This document shows positions 46,401 to 55,373 of a stretch of 64,000 nt of DNA, piece after piece. Location of the stretch: contig JBILGT010000002.1 in the NCBI GenBank assembly GCA_044350895.1, forward strand, positions 36,554 to 100,553. The letters run 5' to 3'. The notes under the pieces are model-generated. The model was not told where the DNA came from. It was given only the letters and a program-made list of their open reading frames with translations, and did no database searches. The stretch comes from Limisphaerales bacterium. GTDB taxonomy: Bacteria > Patescibacteriota > Microgenomatia > UBA1400 > PJMF01. Both the position numbers and the translations under genes were made by a program. The stretch's first letter is position 1. Each line of letters starts with the position of its first letter.

Positions 46401-46496
46401 GCTCCTCAAGCATCTGTAGCTGCTGATGGCATTGTTTTCACCAAACCAAGTGATGAAACAAGCATCTATGGTATCCAATTTAGTCAAGCAAACTAA
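43473..46496 (+). CDS. large membrane protein with C-terminal DUF4012-like extracytoplasmic domain
   Basis: Cytoplasmic ~400 aa, TM 'LFYGGLAFTGMGLGVLLLMTVFMMSFYLL', then 'FQNNQELRPTGGFIEAVALLTFDKG...VIAVDLYGIQNILESTGPLDLPEY' (DUF4012 hallmark N.ELRPTGGF.G). Confidence 0.55.
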   Translation: MALNQFTTEFFETDITIVVLDTTNIFAEHFQTILESKNLQVSIFGAEPDLIATKTDLLSTAYKIILCLSPAAYPDSFEELLQSLQPFQEKLVVVMPIISGTQLQVPGEIPFFTEFLSSQRKVLSICNDILPQSAFIFGQDLIVQPGEGLLLDLFSQQIQKGFVFAPTVSFSPHTLPAFIEAATEQLFQAYRTSTVIRGRTKAALKIAQKISHQYEGYYFCDVALQPVDAVEVETIPFTVKEVVVSEEDDAVTAWYTKQLPSPEQPPFFNAAQLSFLGTHQETDIPNTQLPPANYPYQDVTLEEMPSLEPEVPDELLPAMPEEIGLRTQDIPQVALTPPENETAMPFSNTPIKIQKIDFNVSSEIQRIFAETRQEKKTERVTSLVKAQTRIKKKSKKRTTLFYGGLAFTGMGLGVLLLMTVFMMSFYLLKNSLLSVMAATTRNEPIAASQWSRLKGFTRLVAAQTTSYKAIVSLPQIEEAEHAVTVSRKLSELSQNLSVRDEDLKSLVLTVLGSHTGNIDELAENVGRESLTAHENLETIENELSQIEFSDSGSVDELVATYQKQVEDLKKQSFVQQQLQPILHPVFGQSQKRTYAVLFQNNQELRPTGGFIEAVALLTFDKGSLIDHSIYTSYEVHKKLPGEVTAPAELTKATGEKVYFFHDSNWNPDFPKAADQVKWFVEKGFNTKIDGVIAVDLYGIQNILESTGPLDLPEYNEVITSKNLLERMEFHSEVVLVESAKNQDYRKLLFSRLLEKVLALPAEKVASFLTALQTSFSQKDALIALSNQDEQQPFQSLGWSGAQIVPRCPSEFSGSSCLVDPFMQVEANVGVNKANYYLKRSIDHTISLSSTLAAHRRTINFENTAQLDAWPKGPYKNYMRFYLPATASKPTIMVGGAPLADAQITKTQENGQTVLGFMVEVPIQSKKQVVLEYSIPLTTTSEADFSYLFFNNKQPGTGETPFLLRILPAPSLRPQLIAPQASVAADGIVFTKPSDETSIYGIQFSQAN

Positions 46497-46581
46497 AATA
46501 AAACTGATATAATTGATCATCTGGCTTGTGCAAAACAAGAAAGTATATTAGTAAATACATATTTATTACACATCAAAACAT

Positions 46582-47262
46582 ATGACAAACTCACAAAAGG
46601 CAATTCTCCACGTGCGCGAAAGATCTATTACTGGAAAGAAAAGTAAACAACTGCATCAACAGGGCTTTATTCCTGCTAACGTATTTGGCTTAAATCAAGA
46701 ATCTGAATCAATCGAATTACAAACAGCAGTCTTTAAAAAACTCCTGGAAGTGCAGGGCGACACTACGCTTTTGTACTTACAAGTTGGAGCAGATAAACAA
46801 ATTCCTACCTTGATTGGTGAAATCCAATACAACCCAGTTACTGATGAGCCAATTCACGTTTCCTTCAAGAGAGTTAACCTTAAAGTCAAAGTTACTTCCG
46901 AAATTTCTGTTGAAACAGTTGGTACTTTTGAAGTTCCAGATGCAACAGTCGTTCTTACTCGTAATATGCTTGAAATTGAAGCATTACCTGCTGACTTACC
47001 AGAAATGTTTGAAGTTGATATCTCTGGTCTAACTGAAGTAGGGCAGACATTGCATCTTTCAGATGTGGCATTTGATCGAGATAAAATCACTGTTCTTTTA
47101 TCTGAAGAAGAATTAGAAGCTCCAATCGTTATCGTCCAAAAGGTTGAAAAAGAAGTTGAAGAAACTCCTGCAGAGACCACTGAAGGTGCTGAAACACCAG
47201 CCGGAGAAGCTGCACCAGCTGCTGAAGGTGAAACACCAGCAACTGAAGAGAAAAAAGAATAG
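46582..47262 (+). CDS. rplY: 50S ribosomal protein L25 / general stress protein Ctc
   Basis: 'ILHVRERSITGKKSKQLHQQGFIPANVFG...IELQ...LLYLQV...IPTLIGEIQYNPVTDEPIHVSFKRV' plus an acidic C-terminal tail. Confidence 0.85.
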   Translation: MTNSQKAILHVRERSITGKKSKQLHQQGFIPANVFGLNQESESIELQTAVFKKLLEVQGDTTLLYLQVGADKQIPTLIGEIQYNPVTDEPIHVSFKRVNLKVKVTSEISVETVGTFEVPDATVVLTRNMLEIEALPADLPEMFEVDISGLTEVGQTLHLSDVAFDRDKITVLLSEEELEAPIVIVQKVEKEVEETPAETTEGAETPAGEAAPAAEGETPATEEKKE

Positions 47263-47288
47263 TTTTACTCAAGTAAAATTAAAAATTA

Positions 47289-47315
47289 AAGACCTCCCAC
47301 AAGGAGGTCTTTTTA
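47289..47315. terminator. rho-independent (possibly bidirectional) terminator
   Basis: AGACCTCC-cacaa-GGAGGTCT followed by TTTTT, between convergent rplY (+) and the 47411..47860 ORF (-). Confidence 0.65.
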
Positions 47316-47410
47316 GTTGTCATTCCTACAAATAGGGGAGTCTAAATTAATATGAAATGCGCAAATTGCATGAGATTAGAATTTACTGCTGAAGAAAAGT
47401 AGGTCTAAGA

Positions 47411-47860
47411 TTATTTTGTAGAATTTGTCGAAAAAATCTCGTTGTTAGGATCGAGTTTTTGAGCTTCTTCCCAATAAATGTATGAGTCTTTCTGGTTGTG
47501 AATAGCTCGCTCCAAAAGTGAAACGTTAATCAATATATCTCGATGTTCAGGTTGTATTTGTAGTATTCTTTGGTATTCATCAAGTTTTTTTTCAAGATCG
47601 TTCCGAGTGAAAACAATGTTCTCGTGGGGTGTTTTAGTTTGCAGTTCTACTTGAGTAATCTGTTGTTCATAAATACGAGCCTGAACAGTTTTAATGTTTA
47701 ATCCCACACCGCATAAAATAAGTAAAAAGAGAATAAAACTCCAGAGAACTGGCAGGATATGAATGACGTAGTAGGAACTGAGATCAAGAAAAAAGAAAAA
47801 TAAATACAAAATAAGACGGGCACGCAGAATCACAGAAGACATTCTGTAAATTATACCCAC
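47411..47860 (-). CDS. small membrane protein, unknown function
   Basis: Two hydrophobic helices at the N-terminus and a soluble C-terminal ~90 aa. Confidence 0.35.
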   Translation of the reverse strand: MGIIYRMSSVILRARLILYLFFFFLDLSSYYVIHILPVLWSFILFLLILCGVGLNIKTVQARIYEQQITQVELQTKTPHENIVFTRNDLEKKLDEYQRILQIQPEHRDILINVSLLERAIHNQKDSYIYWEEAQKLDPNNEIFSTNSTK

Positions 47861-47879
47861 AAATCAGGGGACTGTGTAG

Positions 47880-50138
47880 TTAAGAGTTTTTAGGCCACTG
47901 TGAAGTGATTAATAGAGTAGGGGAATCAACAATTTCTTGTCGTATTTCCTGCCAGATTTTTTCGGTCACAAACGGCATAAAAGGATGTAACATCTTGAGG
48001 AAAGTTAGCAACCCTTCTTTGAGCATCTCAAGCGAAATCTTACCTTGTTTTTGTTTTTCAATACACTCGTCACAGAACCAGTGCCAGAACTCGTTGTACA
48101 GTACGTCAGCGGCCAGACCAAGTTTGCGCTGTTGGAGGTGATTTGTTACTTCTTCCACAATTCTTGTCAATTTTTCCATGAAAATAGCATCATCTGAAGC
48201 AGTTGAAAGCTCTGGCTGCTTTTCTTGAGACTGCATAGAAATAAACCGAGCAGCATTCCAAACCTTATTAGAAAAATTACGCATTGCTTTAAAGTCTTGC
48301 TCAGCCACAGATTTATCTTGTCCAGGTGTAGATCTGATGACGAGTGCCATACGGAGCGCATCAGCACCAAATTTTTCTACTATCTCAAGTGGGTTGATGA
48401 CATTTCCTTTGCTCTTACTCATCTTTTGACCTTTTGAATCTCGAACAAGTCCATGCAAATATACCTCTGCAAATGGAGATTTTCCTGTTAAGTAAATGCC
48501 CATGATCATCATGCGCATCACCCAAAACGGCAAAATATCGTAGCCAGTTTCCATGACAGTAGTGGGGTAGAAGTTTTTAAAGTCATCGGGCTTGTTGGTT
48601 TTTAACGTTACCACAGGCCATTGTGCTGAAGAAAACCACGTGTCAAAGGTGTCTGTTTCAGGTAGATATAACTTCTTGTCGGAAGGACGCTCTGGCGAGA
48701 TAGAGTAGGGGACTGAAATGTCAGCAAAAAGTTGTTGCAATCCTGCCTCAATTTCCTCAAGGGAATACTCGTTTAAAAGATCCCTTAAAACCCCTTGCTT
48801 GAGTTCTTTATTTGGTGTCACAAAAGAAATTGTTATAGACGATTCATAACCGCTGACTTCATACCAAACAGGAATGCGAATTCCCCACACAATTTGACGA
48901 CTGATATTCCAATCTTGGAGATTCTCGAGCCAGTGGCGAAGAATCTTTTCTCGACCAACTCCATGCACAATAGTTTCTCCAGAATCAAGCGCTTTGAGCG
49001 CAGCTTTTGTTAAACTCTTCTTATCTTCGTTCACTTTAATAAAGAATTGGGGGAGTGGTAATGGTTCTAAAACGCGACCACAGCGATAGCAAGTTCCAAT
49101 TCTGTTCTGATATTTGTCATCAATTCTGTCGATTAAGCCTTTTTCTTGCAGATCTGCTACAACCATTTCTCGGGCAGCTTTTGCACTCATTCCTGCATAC
49201 TTGCCAGCCTCTGCAGTCATTTTTCCGCGACGGTCAACAGCAATTATCAGGGGAAGTTTGTGCTTCTTTCCAACTGCAAAGTCATTGAAGTCATGAGCGG
49301 GAGTTAGTTTTACAATTCCCGTTCCAAATTCAGGATCAACAAACTCATCAGCAATAATTTCCATTTCGGCATCAGTGAGCGGATTTAAGACTTTTTTACC
49401 AATTAAATGCTGCGTCTTTTTATTGTTGGGATGAACTGCCAAATGTGTGTCAGCCCAAATAGGTTCTGGCCGCGTTGTGGCAAGTGTAATAAATTCGGTC
49501 GAATTTTCAGCCATACGGTATTTGACATAGAAAAGTGAAGATGTCTGGTCAACGTGATTTACCTCAAGTTCTGAAAACGACGTTCCGCAGTGCACACAAA
49601 AATTAACAAGGCGCATATCACGATAAACAAGTTTATCTGCAGCAAGTTTTTTAAATGTTTCAGTCACATACGTCACTACGTCGTCATCGAGTGTAAAGGT
49701 AAATCGGCTCCAGTCAGCGCTGGCACCCAATTTCTTAATTTGATCCACAGCAATACCAGAATTTTCTTGTACATAGTCCCAAATTTGCTTGTAAAGTGTT
49801 TGTCTGTCAAAATTAAAACGCGATTTATCAATCTTTTTTAACTTTTTTTCAAACACAAATTGTGTTTCAATGCCTGCGTGATCTGTGCCTGGAACCCAGA
49901 GTGTTGTATCACCCATCATTCTATGAAAGCGTGTCATGACGTCTTCCAATGAAACGAACATTGCATGACCGATATGCAATGGATCATTAGCGTTTGGTGG
50001 CGGCATAATGATTGTAAATGATTTGTTTGATCCGTCTTTTTTTGAACTTAACTGTGTATCGGGATTAAAAGCATCAGCTGTTTCCCAGAGTGAATACATT
50101 TCATTTTCAGATTGTGTGTGATCGTAGCGTGCTTCCAT
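47880..50138 (-). CDS. valS: valine--tRNA ligase (short form lacking C-terminal coiled-coil)
   Basis: 'MPPPNANDPLHIGHAM', 'WVPGTDHAGIETQ', 'LATTRPEP', 'KLTPAHDFNDFAVGKKHKLP', 'KMSKSKGN' all parallel E. coli ValRS. 752 aa. Confidence 0.85.
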   Translation of the reverse strand: MEARYDHTQSENEMYSLWETADAFNPDTQLSSKKDGSNKSFTIIMPPPNANDPLHIGHAMFVSLEDVMTRFHRMMGDTTLWVPGTDHAGIETQFVFEKKLKKIDKSRFNFDRQTLYKQIWDYVQENSGIAVDQIKKLGASADWSRFTFTLDDDVVTYVTETFKKLAADKLVYRDMRLVNFCVHCGTSFSELEVNHVDQTSSLFYVKYRMAENSTEFITLATTRPEPIWADTHLAVHPNNKKTQHLIGKKVLNPLTDAEMEIIADEFVDPEFGTGIVKLTPAHDFNDFAVGKKHKLPLIIAVDRRGKMTAEAGKYAGMSAKAAREMVVADLQEKGLIDRIDDKYQNRIGTCYRCGRVLEPLPLPQFFIKVNEDKKSLTKAALKALDSGETIVHGVGREKILRHWLENLQDWNISRQIVWGIRIPVWYEVSGYESSITISFVTPNKELKQGVLRDLLNEYSLEEIEAGLQQLFADISVPYSISPERPSDKKLYLPETDTFDTWFSSAQWPVVTLKTNKPDDFKNFYPTTVMETGYDILPFWVMRMMIMGIYLTGKSPFAEVYLHGLVRDSKGQKMSKSKGNVINPLEIVEKFGADALRMALVIRSTPGQDKSVAEQDFKAMRNFSNKVWNAARFISMQSQEKQPELSTASDDAIFMEKLTRIVEEVTNHLQQRKLGLAADVLYNEFWHWFCDECIEKQKQGKISLEMLKEGLLTFLKMLHPFMPFVTEKIWQEIRQEIVDSPTLLITSQWPKNS

Positions 50139-50235
50139 AGTGAGACTAATTATAACACTCGAGATAGGCGGTCTTAAAAGCTTTTATTGAAAATTATCTT
50201 AAAAGATGTAGTCTACATGTATAAGGAATACCGCT

Positions 50236-50988
50236 ATGTTATGGTTCTTTGGGATTATCTTTTTTATTTTGCTCATTTCTCTTCGTCAAGTAAATCAGTA
50301 TGAACGTGGTGTTCGCTATACCATGGGTAGATTCACTGGCCTTGTCGGTCCGGGCTGGCGAGTAGTTGTTCCTATTTTTCAAACCATGACAAAGGTCGAC
50401 ATTCGTACTCGTGCCATGGACGTCCCAAAGCAAGAAACAATTACCAAAGATAACGTATCCTGCAAAATGAACGCTGTGATTTACTTTAAAATTGTTGATG
50501 CTTCTCGCGCAATTAATGAAGTGGAAAACGTAATTTGGGCAGTTTCCCAGCTGGCTCAAACCACCATGCGTCGTATTGCTGGTGAAGTGACATTGGATGA
50601 ACTGCTCTCAAATCGCGAAAAAATCGCCGCTCAAATTCTACAAATTGTGGATGTCACCACCGAACAGTGGGGTGTCACAGTAGAAACTGTGGAGCTCAAA
50701 GACATTGAATTGCCAGAAAATATGGTGCGAACCATGGCCAAAACAGCTGAAGCAGAGCGTGAAAAGCGCGCAACTATCATCAACTCAGAAGGAGAAGTGG
50801 TAGCTGCTCAAAACCTGTCTCAAGCTGCAGCCATGATGGCTCAAACACCAGGTGCTTTGCACTTACGTACACTTAATTCGATCAATGATATTAGTTCTGA
50901 TCAATCCAACACTGTGGTCTTTGCAGTACCTGTCGAAATACTGCGAGCAATAGATGGAATTACTCAATATATGGGTCAGAAGAAGTAG
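50236..50988 (+). CDS. SPFH/band-7 (stomatin/prohibitin-like) membrane protein
   Basis: N-terminal TM then 'QYERGVRYTMGRFTGLVGPGWRVVVPIFQTMTKVDIRTRAMDVPKQETITKDNVSCKMNAVIYFKIVD'. Confidence 0.8.
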   Translation: MLWFFGIIFFILLISLRQVNQYERGVRYTMGRFTGLVGPGWRVVVPIFQTMTKVDIRTRAMDVPKQETITKDNVSCKMNAVIYFKIVDASRAINEVENVIWAVSQLAQTTMRRIAGEVTLDELLSNREKIAAQILQIVDVTTEQWGVTVETVELKDIELPENMVRTMAKTAEAEREKRATIINSEGEVVAAQNLSQAAAMMAQTPGALHLRTLNSINDISSDQSNTVVFAVPVEILRAIDGITQYMGQKK

Positions 50989-51492
50989 TTAGCGTTTGTT
51001 TTTACGCAGTGCCTGAATAAGCGACCTCAGCTCATCATAGAGTATGAGCACTGTGGGTGTGATGATGCAGAGAATAAATCCCCAGGGTGATTTTATAAAC
51101 CGAATGATATATCCAAACTTGGGTATCACTCCAATCACTTTGCCAATTACTTTTTCTTCAGTTATGACTTCTACGTCTGCAGTTTGATTGGCATCACCTT
51201 TTGTTACAAATTTTCCTGGATTTTTGGACTGCACTTCTTGAATACGGTGGGTGACTGTTCTGTCGTTTTCATCTTTGAAAGTAACCACATCTGCTTTTAT
51301 ATACTCAGGCTGTTTCTTAATGATGATGGCATCTCCAGTCATGATGCTTGGTTCCATTGAGCCAGATTGAACAACGTAGGTGCGCCAGGGGACAGTGTTG
51401 CGAAACCAGCTTACCAACTTGTAGCTAATAAATCCAAAAAACAAGGCAATCACAATGTAGACCACAATGTGTTTGAACGTAGTTTTTTTCAT
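50989..51492 (-). CDS. sipW: SipW-type (archaeal/ER-type S26B) signal peptidase I
   Basis: 'VVQSGSMEPSIMTGDAIIIKK' and 'TVTHRI', with both N- and C-terminal TM anchors. 167 aa. Confidence 0.75.
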   Translation of the reverse strand: MKKTTFKHIVVYIVIALFFGFISYKLVSWFRNTVPWRTYVVQSGSMEPSIMTGDAIIIKKQPEYIKADVVTFKDENDRTVTHRIQEVQSKNPGKFVTKGDANQTADVEVITEEKVIGKVIGVIPKFGYIIRFIKSPWGFILCIITPTVLILYDELRSLIQALRKNKR

Positions 51493-51497
51493 GAAGT

Positions 51498-52163
51498 TTA
51501 TCTACCAGGAAGAATCTGTCGTAGGTTAAATGTAATATCAAATGACGTACTATCACTTTGCACTTCATTGCCAAAATCTTTTCCTTCAGTGGTCCAATCA
51601 ATACTGACAGTAACGCTCTGCCCTGGTGGAATTGTCACTTTTCCAGCATTTGCTTTCCAGAGTGCTTCATACTGAGCTCCGTTTTCTGCTGAAAGGTCAC
51701 TCGTGAAAATTGTCCGTTCTTGATTGTTTTCCTTGAGCTTGATGACTGTTTGAATATTTTTGCCCAGCTCACCCAAATTTTCACCTGGATTGGCGCATGT
51801 AGTATCTTCAAGAGCTTCTGGCTCATTGCAGTCATTCTCAAAATTTTTAACATTGGAAAGCGCAAAACTAAATTCGCCCGGTAAACTTCCTACATTATTA
51901 ATCACCCAAGATTTACCACCAGAAACTACGTTTTGTGCACCAACGCCACTTACTTGTAGACTCTCGGCTTGTTGATTGTTAATTCCTTCAACAGTCATGT
52001 CTAGCGTACCAACTACAAAACTACTCTGGGCTGATTGTTCGCGGTCCACAAAAAGCGCTTGCGTCGTCATCAGTCCAATGACGCCTACAAGTGAAATCAG
52101 AAATAAGCTTTTGAGCAGTCCAAGTTTTCGCAGCATGGTTGTGGGTTGTTGTAATCTTCTCAT
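51498..52163 (-). CDS. TasA/camelysin-family protein with SipW-cognate signal peptide
   Basis: 'TTQALFVDREQSAQSSFVVGTLDMTVEG' (pattern AxF.D.E.S..N.F..GTLD). C-terminus '...DSTSFDITFNLRQ'. Confidence 0.6.
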   Translation of the reverse strand: MRRLQQPTTMLRKLGLLKSLFLISLVGVIGLMTTQALFVDREQSAQSSFVVGTLDMTVEGINNQQAESLQVSGVGAQNVVSGGKSWVINNVGSLPGEFSFALSNVKNFENDCNEPEALEDTTCANPGENLGELGKNIQTVIKLKENNQERTIFTSDLSAENGAQYEALWKANAGKVTIPPGQSVTVSIDWTTEGKDFGNEVQSDSTSFDITFNLRQILPGR

Positions 52164-52170
52164 ACTTTAC

Positions 52171-52746
52171 CTATTCCGCCCAAGCACCAGAAGTTACTGT
52201 GTTCTGTAGTGTCTCGGTATCTGTAAAATGACTTTCTGGACTTTGACTGACAAATGAAATATTAAATGCACAGGTTTGGTTTTTTAGTGCTACATCTTTA
52301 TTATTGAACTTCACAACAAAGACAAGATCTTCCCATTTTTCTTGATCAGATAACTCACCAGAAAATGAGAGATTCATGAGATTTCCTGAATAGACAGGAC
52401 TCCAATCTTGCATAATAACCCCTTCGAGACTTTGACAGAATGTATCTGAACCAGCTGTTTTTTGAACGCTGACAGAGTAGGGGAATTCAAGTTTTCCACT
52501 ATTCTTAATTCTCACTGTTTCTACCTGGAATCCACTGGGAATCATTCCAGTGACTGAGAAGAGGAGAGATTTGGAGAGCTCGTTGGCAGTGTCGTTGGTG
52601 GAGAAATCTAATGTTGTTGCTTCAAATCTATTGTTATGAACATCTTCCTGATCAAACAAATCAGCATCAGTGAATTGGGTGTACGCGGAAAACACTGCTA
52701 TTAAAAACAAGCTGAGTTTAAATAGAAGTCCGAATGTTGGTCTCAT
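52171..52746 (-). CDS. TasA/camelysin-like protein (divergent) with SipW-cognate-like signal peptide
   Basis: 'AYTQFTDADLFDQEDVHNNRFEATTLDFS'. C-terminus '...CAFNISFVSQ'. Confidence 0.5.
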   Translation of the reverse strand: MRPTFGLLFKLSLFLIAVFSAYTQFTDADLFDQEDVHNNRFEATTLDFSTNDTANELSKSLLFSVTGMIPSGFQVETVRIKNSGKLEFPYSVSVQKTAGSDTFCQSLEGVIMQDWSPVYSGNLMNLSFSGELSDQEKWEDLVFVVKFNNKDVALKNQTCAFNISFVSQSPESHFTDTETLQNTVTSGAWAE

Positions 52747-52748
52747 GT

Positions 52749-53252
52749 TTAGGACTGAGTATTGTCATGCTTTTTTGGTTTTTCTTTAAAAATTTCACTA
52801 CCCACGATCAAGATGAGTGGAATGGCGATAAGTAAAAACATACCAAATGGCTGCTGACTGTGAACGAGCAGATATCCAGCTTTTGGAATTCTAAACTGGT
52901 ATTTTCCTACGATATTTTGTTGCGTGATTGGATCTGGGTCGGTGGCTTGGTTGTTATCACCTTTGGTGGTGAGCTTGCCCTCATCATCACTCAAAATACG
53001 GTGAGTGACGGTTCTATTAGCAGCATCGTGGAACGTCACAATGTCATCTTTTTGATACGCATTTTGTGGTTTGATAAAAATAACATCCCCAGTCATGATT
53101 GTGGGCTCCATTGAACCTGACTGGACGATAAAACTTCTGAGTGGGAGTGGACTTGATTTGCTATTTGAAGCAGTTGTTGCAAAGCTAACGAGCACAAATG
53201 CAACGTAAAAAATCCAGAAAATACTACTGATAAATTGAAATGCTTTTTCCAT
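52749..53252 (-). CDS. sipW: SipW-type signal peptidase I (second copy)
   Basis: 'IVQSGSMEPTIMTGDVIFIKP' and 'TVTHRI'. 167 aa, same architecture as the copy at 50989..51492. Confidence 0.75.
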   Translation of the reverse strand: MEKAFQFISSIFWIFYVAFVLVSFATTASNSKSSPLPLRSFIVQSGSMEPTIMTGDVIFIKPQNAYQKDDIVTFHDAANRTVTHRILSDDEGKLTTKGDNNQATDPDPITQQNIVGKYQFRIPKAGYLLVHSQQPFGMFLLIAIPLILIVGSEIFKEKPKKHDNTQS

Positions 53253-53331
53253 ATTATTTCTTTAAAACGCTAATACGGAGGGCTTTCACCCTCCGTATGC
53301 TTAGTACTCGTCGATCCACTCCTCAACTAAG

Positions 53332-53970
53332 TTAAGAAGGGTTTACTTGTGTCAAATCAAATTGTGCTTGGAAACTTAATCCATCACTTTGGATTTCGTT
53401 GCCATAGGTAGCTGGGTCGTTTGCCCAGTTCATTTTGACTTTAACTGTTGCTCCAGCAGGAACTGCTACTGTGCCAGCGTTAGTATTCCACTGTGTAGCA
53501 TATTGGCCTTGATTTGAAGTTGCCAATGTTGAGGTTACAACAGCATCTTCTTCATCATAGTTACCATCGTTGTCGGTATCAATTTTGACAACAGCTGTGG
53601 TAGCTGCACCTAGTTCACCGAGTGCATCTGCTGCACAAGCTGGCTCTGTCACTAATTCTGGCTCATTACAACCATTCTCAGTGTTGGTAATACTGTTAAG
53701 ACGGAATGTGAGATTGCCTGGAACAGTACCAGCGTTTCGAATTGTCCATTCCTTTTCACCGGTCACAGTGCCATCTACACCGATGTTATCAACATTGATA
53801 CTTTCAAATGCAGTGCCGTTTTGGCCATCTACAGTCATATCCAATGTTCCAGCAGCAAATGTGTTTGAAGCTGAAGTCTCTGTATCACTGAAGAGAGCTT
53901 GGGTAAGTGCGTAACCGCCTCCGATGAGTGCTGAGACGATGATGAGAAAGAGCAGGGCTTTCTTTTTCAT
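53332..53970 (-). CDS. TasA/camelysin-family protein with canonical SipW-cognate signal peptide
   Basis: 'ALTQALFSDTETSASNTFAAGTLDMTVDG'. C-terminus '...DGLSFQAQFDLTQ'. First gene after a ~245 bp AT-rich promoter region. Confidence 0.7.
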   Translation of the reverse strand: MKKKALLFLIIVSALIGGGYALTQALFSDTETSASNTFAAGTLDMTVDGQNGTAFESINVDNIGVDGTVTGEKEWTIRNAGTVPGNLTFRLNSITNTENGCNEPELVTEPACAADALGELGAATTAVVKIDTDNDGNYDEEDAVVTSTLATSNQGQYATQWNTNAGTVAVPAGATVKVKMNWANDPATYGNEIQSDGLSFQAQFDLTQVNPS

Positions 53971-54215
53971 TGATGAACCTTTCTTTTTATAATATGTACA
54001 TATTTATTTTTTTATGGACGAAATACTACACATTTTAAGTGTAGATAAAGTCCAATAAATATGCATTTTTGATTGACCGATCAGCTCAACTAATCTGGAT
54101 TTTCAAAAAATGGCATATTTATATTCATTTATAAAAATAAATAAAATAAATCACTTACTACAATACTTATAATTGAAATAGGTAGTCAACTAGATACAAA
54201 TAGCTATTAACTAGA

Positions 54216-55346
54216 TCATTTGCCTTCTGATGGGTGTTTTTTGCGTCTACGTTTGATGATGAAAAATATAAAAAGCACTAGTAATAGTATAATACAAAAA
54301 TGTATGTAAAATGTGCGTAGCATGAATCTATTATTCGCCTTTTGTGTGGGGTTATCCACAGAACTATCTACTTCAGTTTGAGCGCCGAGTACTTTCCCTT
54401 CATTTTTTTGACCAATTACTTCTTCTGTATTACTAAGATTCCCATGATTTTGATTTTCCTTGGGTGTGGGAGGTACTTTTTTTCGTTCCAAGATAACTTG
54501 CTTCGATGTTGGCCCAATGGCGCATCCTGAGCGAGCAGTAATACTGAAAAAGTAGTTTTTCTGTGGTGATAATCCTTGGGGTGAATACTCGGTTGTGTTC
54601 CCGACATCAATGGTGGGGTAGAGCAACTCGCCATCGGTAGTTCCAAAAGTGAGCTGATAGTTTGTTGCATTTGGCAGCGAGTTCCATCTCAGTTTTGTAG
54701 TAGTGAGATTATTGGGGTTTGGAATACTTGTAAGGTTGAGAGTTCCTTTTGGTGGTGTGTTGCTGCAAGGTTGAGGTGTTGGTGCTCCTGGATTCTGTGA
54801 TGGCTTTTGAGAGGGAAGAGGTGCGGGTTCTTTGATAGATTCATCACAACTAAAGCTGAGGTCAAAATCAACAGTTGCAGTGCTCCCTTGGTACTCATTC
54901 CCTGCTGATTTATTAAATAGTACATTCCAACTGTATTCACGCATTGTCGCTGCATTGAGTGTATCAATGTACAGTGGAGTTTCTGTTGTGAGTAACTTTC
55001 TTAGTGGAAAAGCGGTCAGTGGGGTATCTTTGGAAGTAACAGACAGTGTTAACTCATCCGACAAATCACTCTCTGAGTATGAACCGCTATGACGGGCTCG
55101 TACTCCCAGTTCGCAACCTTCGTCTTTTCGCTGATTATGAATACTCACTATTCTGTTGACGCTTTCGCCAGGAACCATATTGTCCGCAGTAAAGAATGGA
55201 GCATCAGAAGTAGAACTTTCACAAGCACCCTTCTGAGTACAGCGAATCACAATGTGCTGTTGGTCTGAAATAGCAAAAACACGATTGGGAACGGCTAGGA
55301 AAATAACACAACAACACAGAACAGTGGAAAAAAAACGCCAAAACAT
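54216..55346 (-). CDS. cell-surface protein: TasA-like N-terminal domain + fibronectin type III domain + C-terminal TM anchor with basic tail
   Basis: Signal peptide. The N-terminal domain ends 'TATVDFDLSFSCDES', like the TasA-like C-termini. FN3-like 'LTTTKLRWNSLPNATNYQLTFGT...YFFSITARS'. C-terminus 'FYIHFCIILLLVLFIFFIIKRRRKKHPSEGK'. Confidence 0.5.
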   Translation of the reverse strand: MFWRFFSTVLCCCVIFLAVPNRVFAISDQQHIVIRCTQKGACESSTSDAPFFTADNMVPGESVNRIVSIHNQRKDEGCELGVRARHSGSYSESDLSDELTLSVTSKDTPLTAFPLRKLLTTETPLYIDTLNAATMREYSWNVLFNKSAGNEYQGSTATVDFDLSFSCDESIKEPAPLPSQKPSQNPGAPTPQPCSNTPPKGTLNLTSIPNPNNLTTTKLRWNSLPNATNYQLTFGTTDGELLYPTIDVGNTTEYSPQGLSPQKNYFFSITARSGCAIGPTSKQVILERKKVPPTPKENQNHGNLSNTEEVIGQKNEGKVLGAQTEVDSSVDNPTQKANNRFMLRTFYIHFCIILLLVLFIFFIIKRRRKKHPSEGK

Positions 55347-55373
55347 GGTGCCAGTATACTCGATTCTAAAAGG

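Noticed and set aside
53971-54215. AT-rich 245-bp intergenic segment; considered as a possible small RNA or CRISPR leader
   Set aside because: It has no repeats or stable hairpins and no adjacent cas genes. It is best explained as the promoter/UP region of the TasA-like operon.
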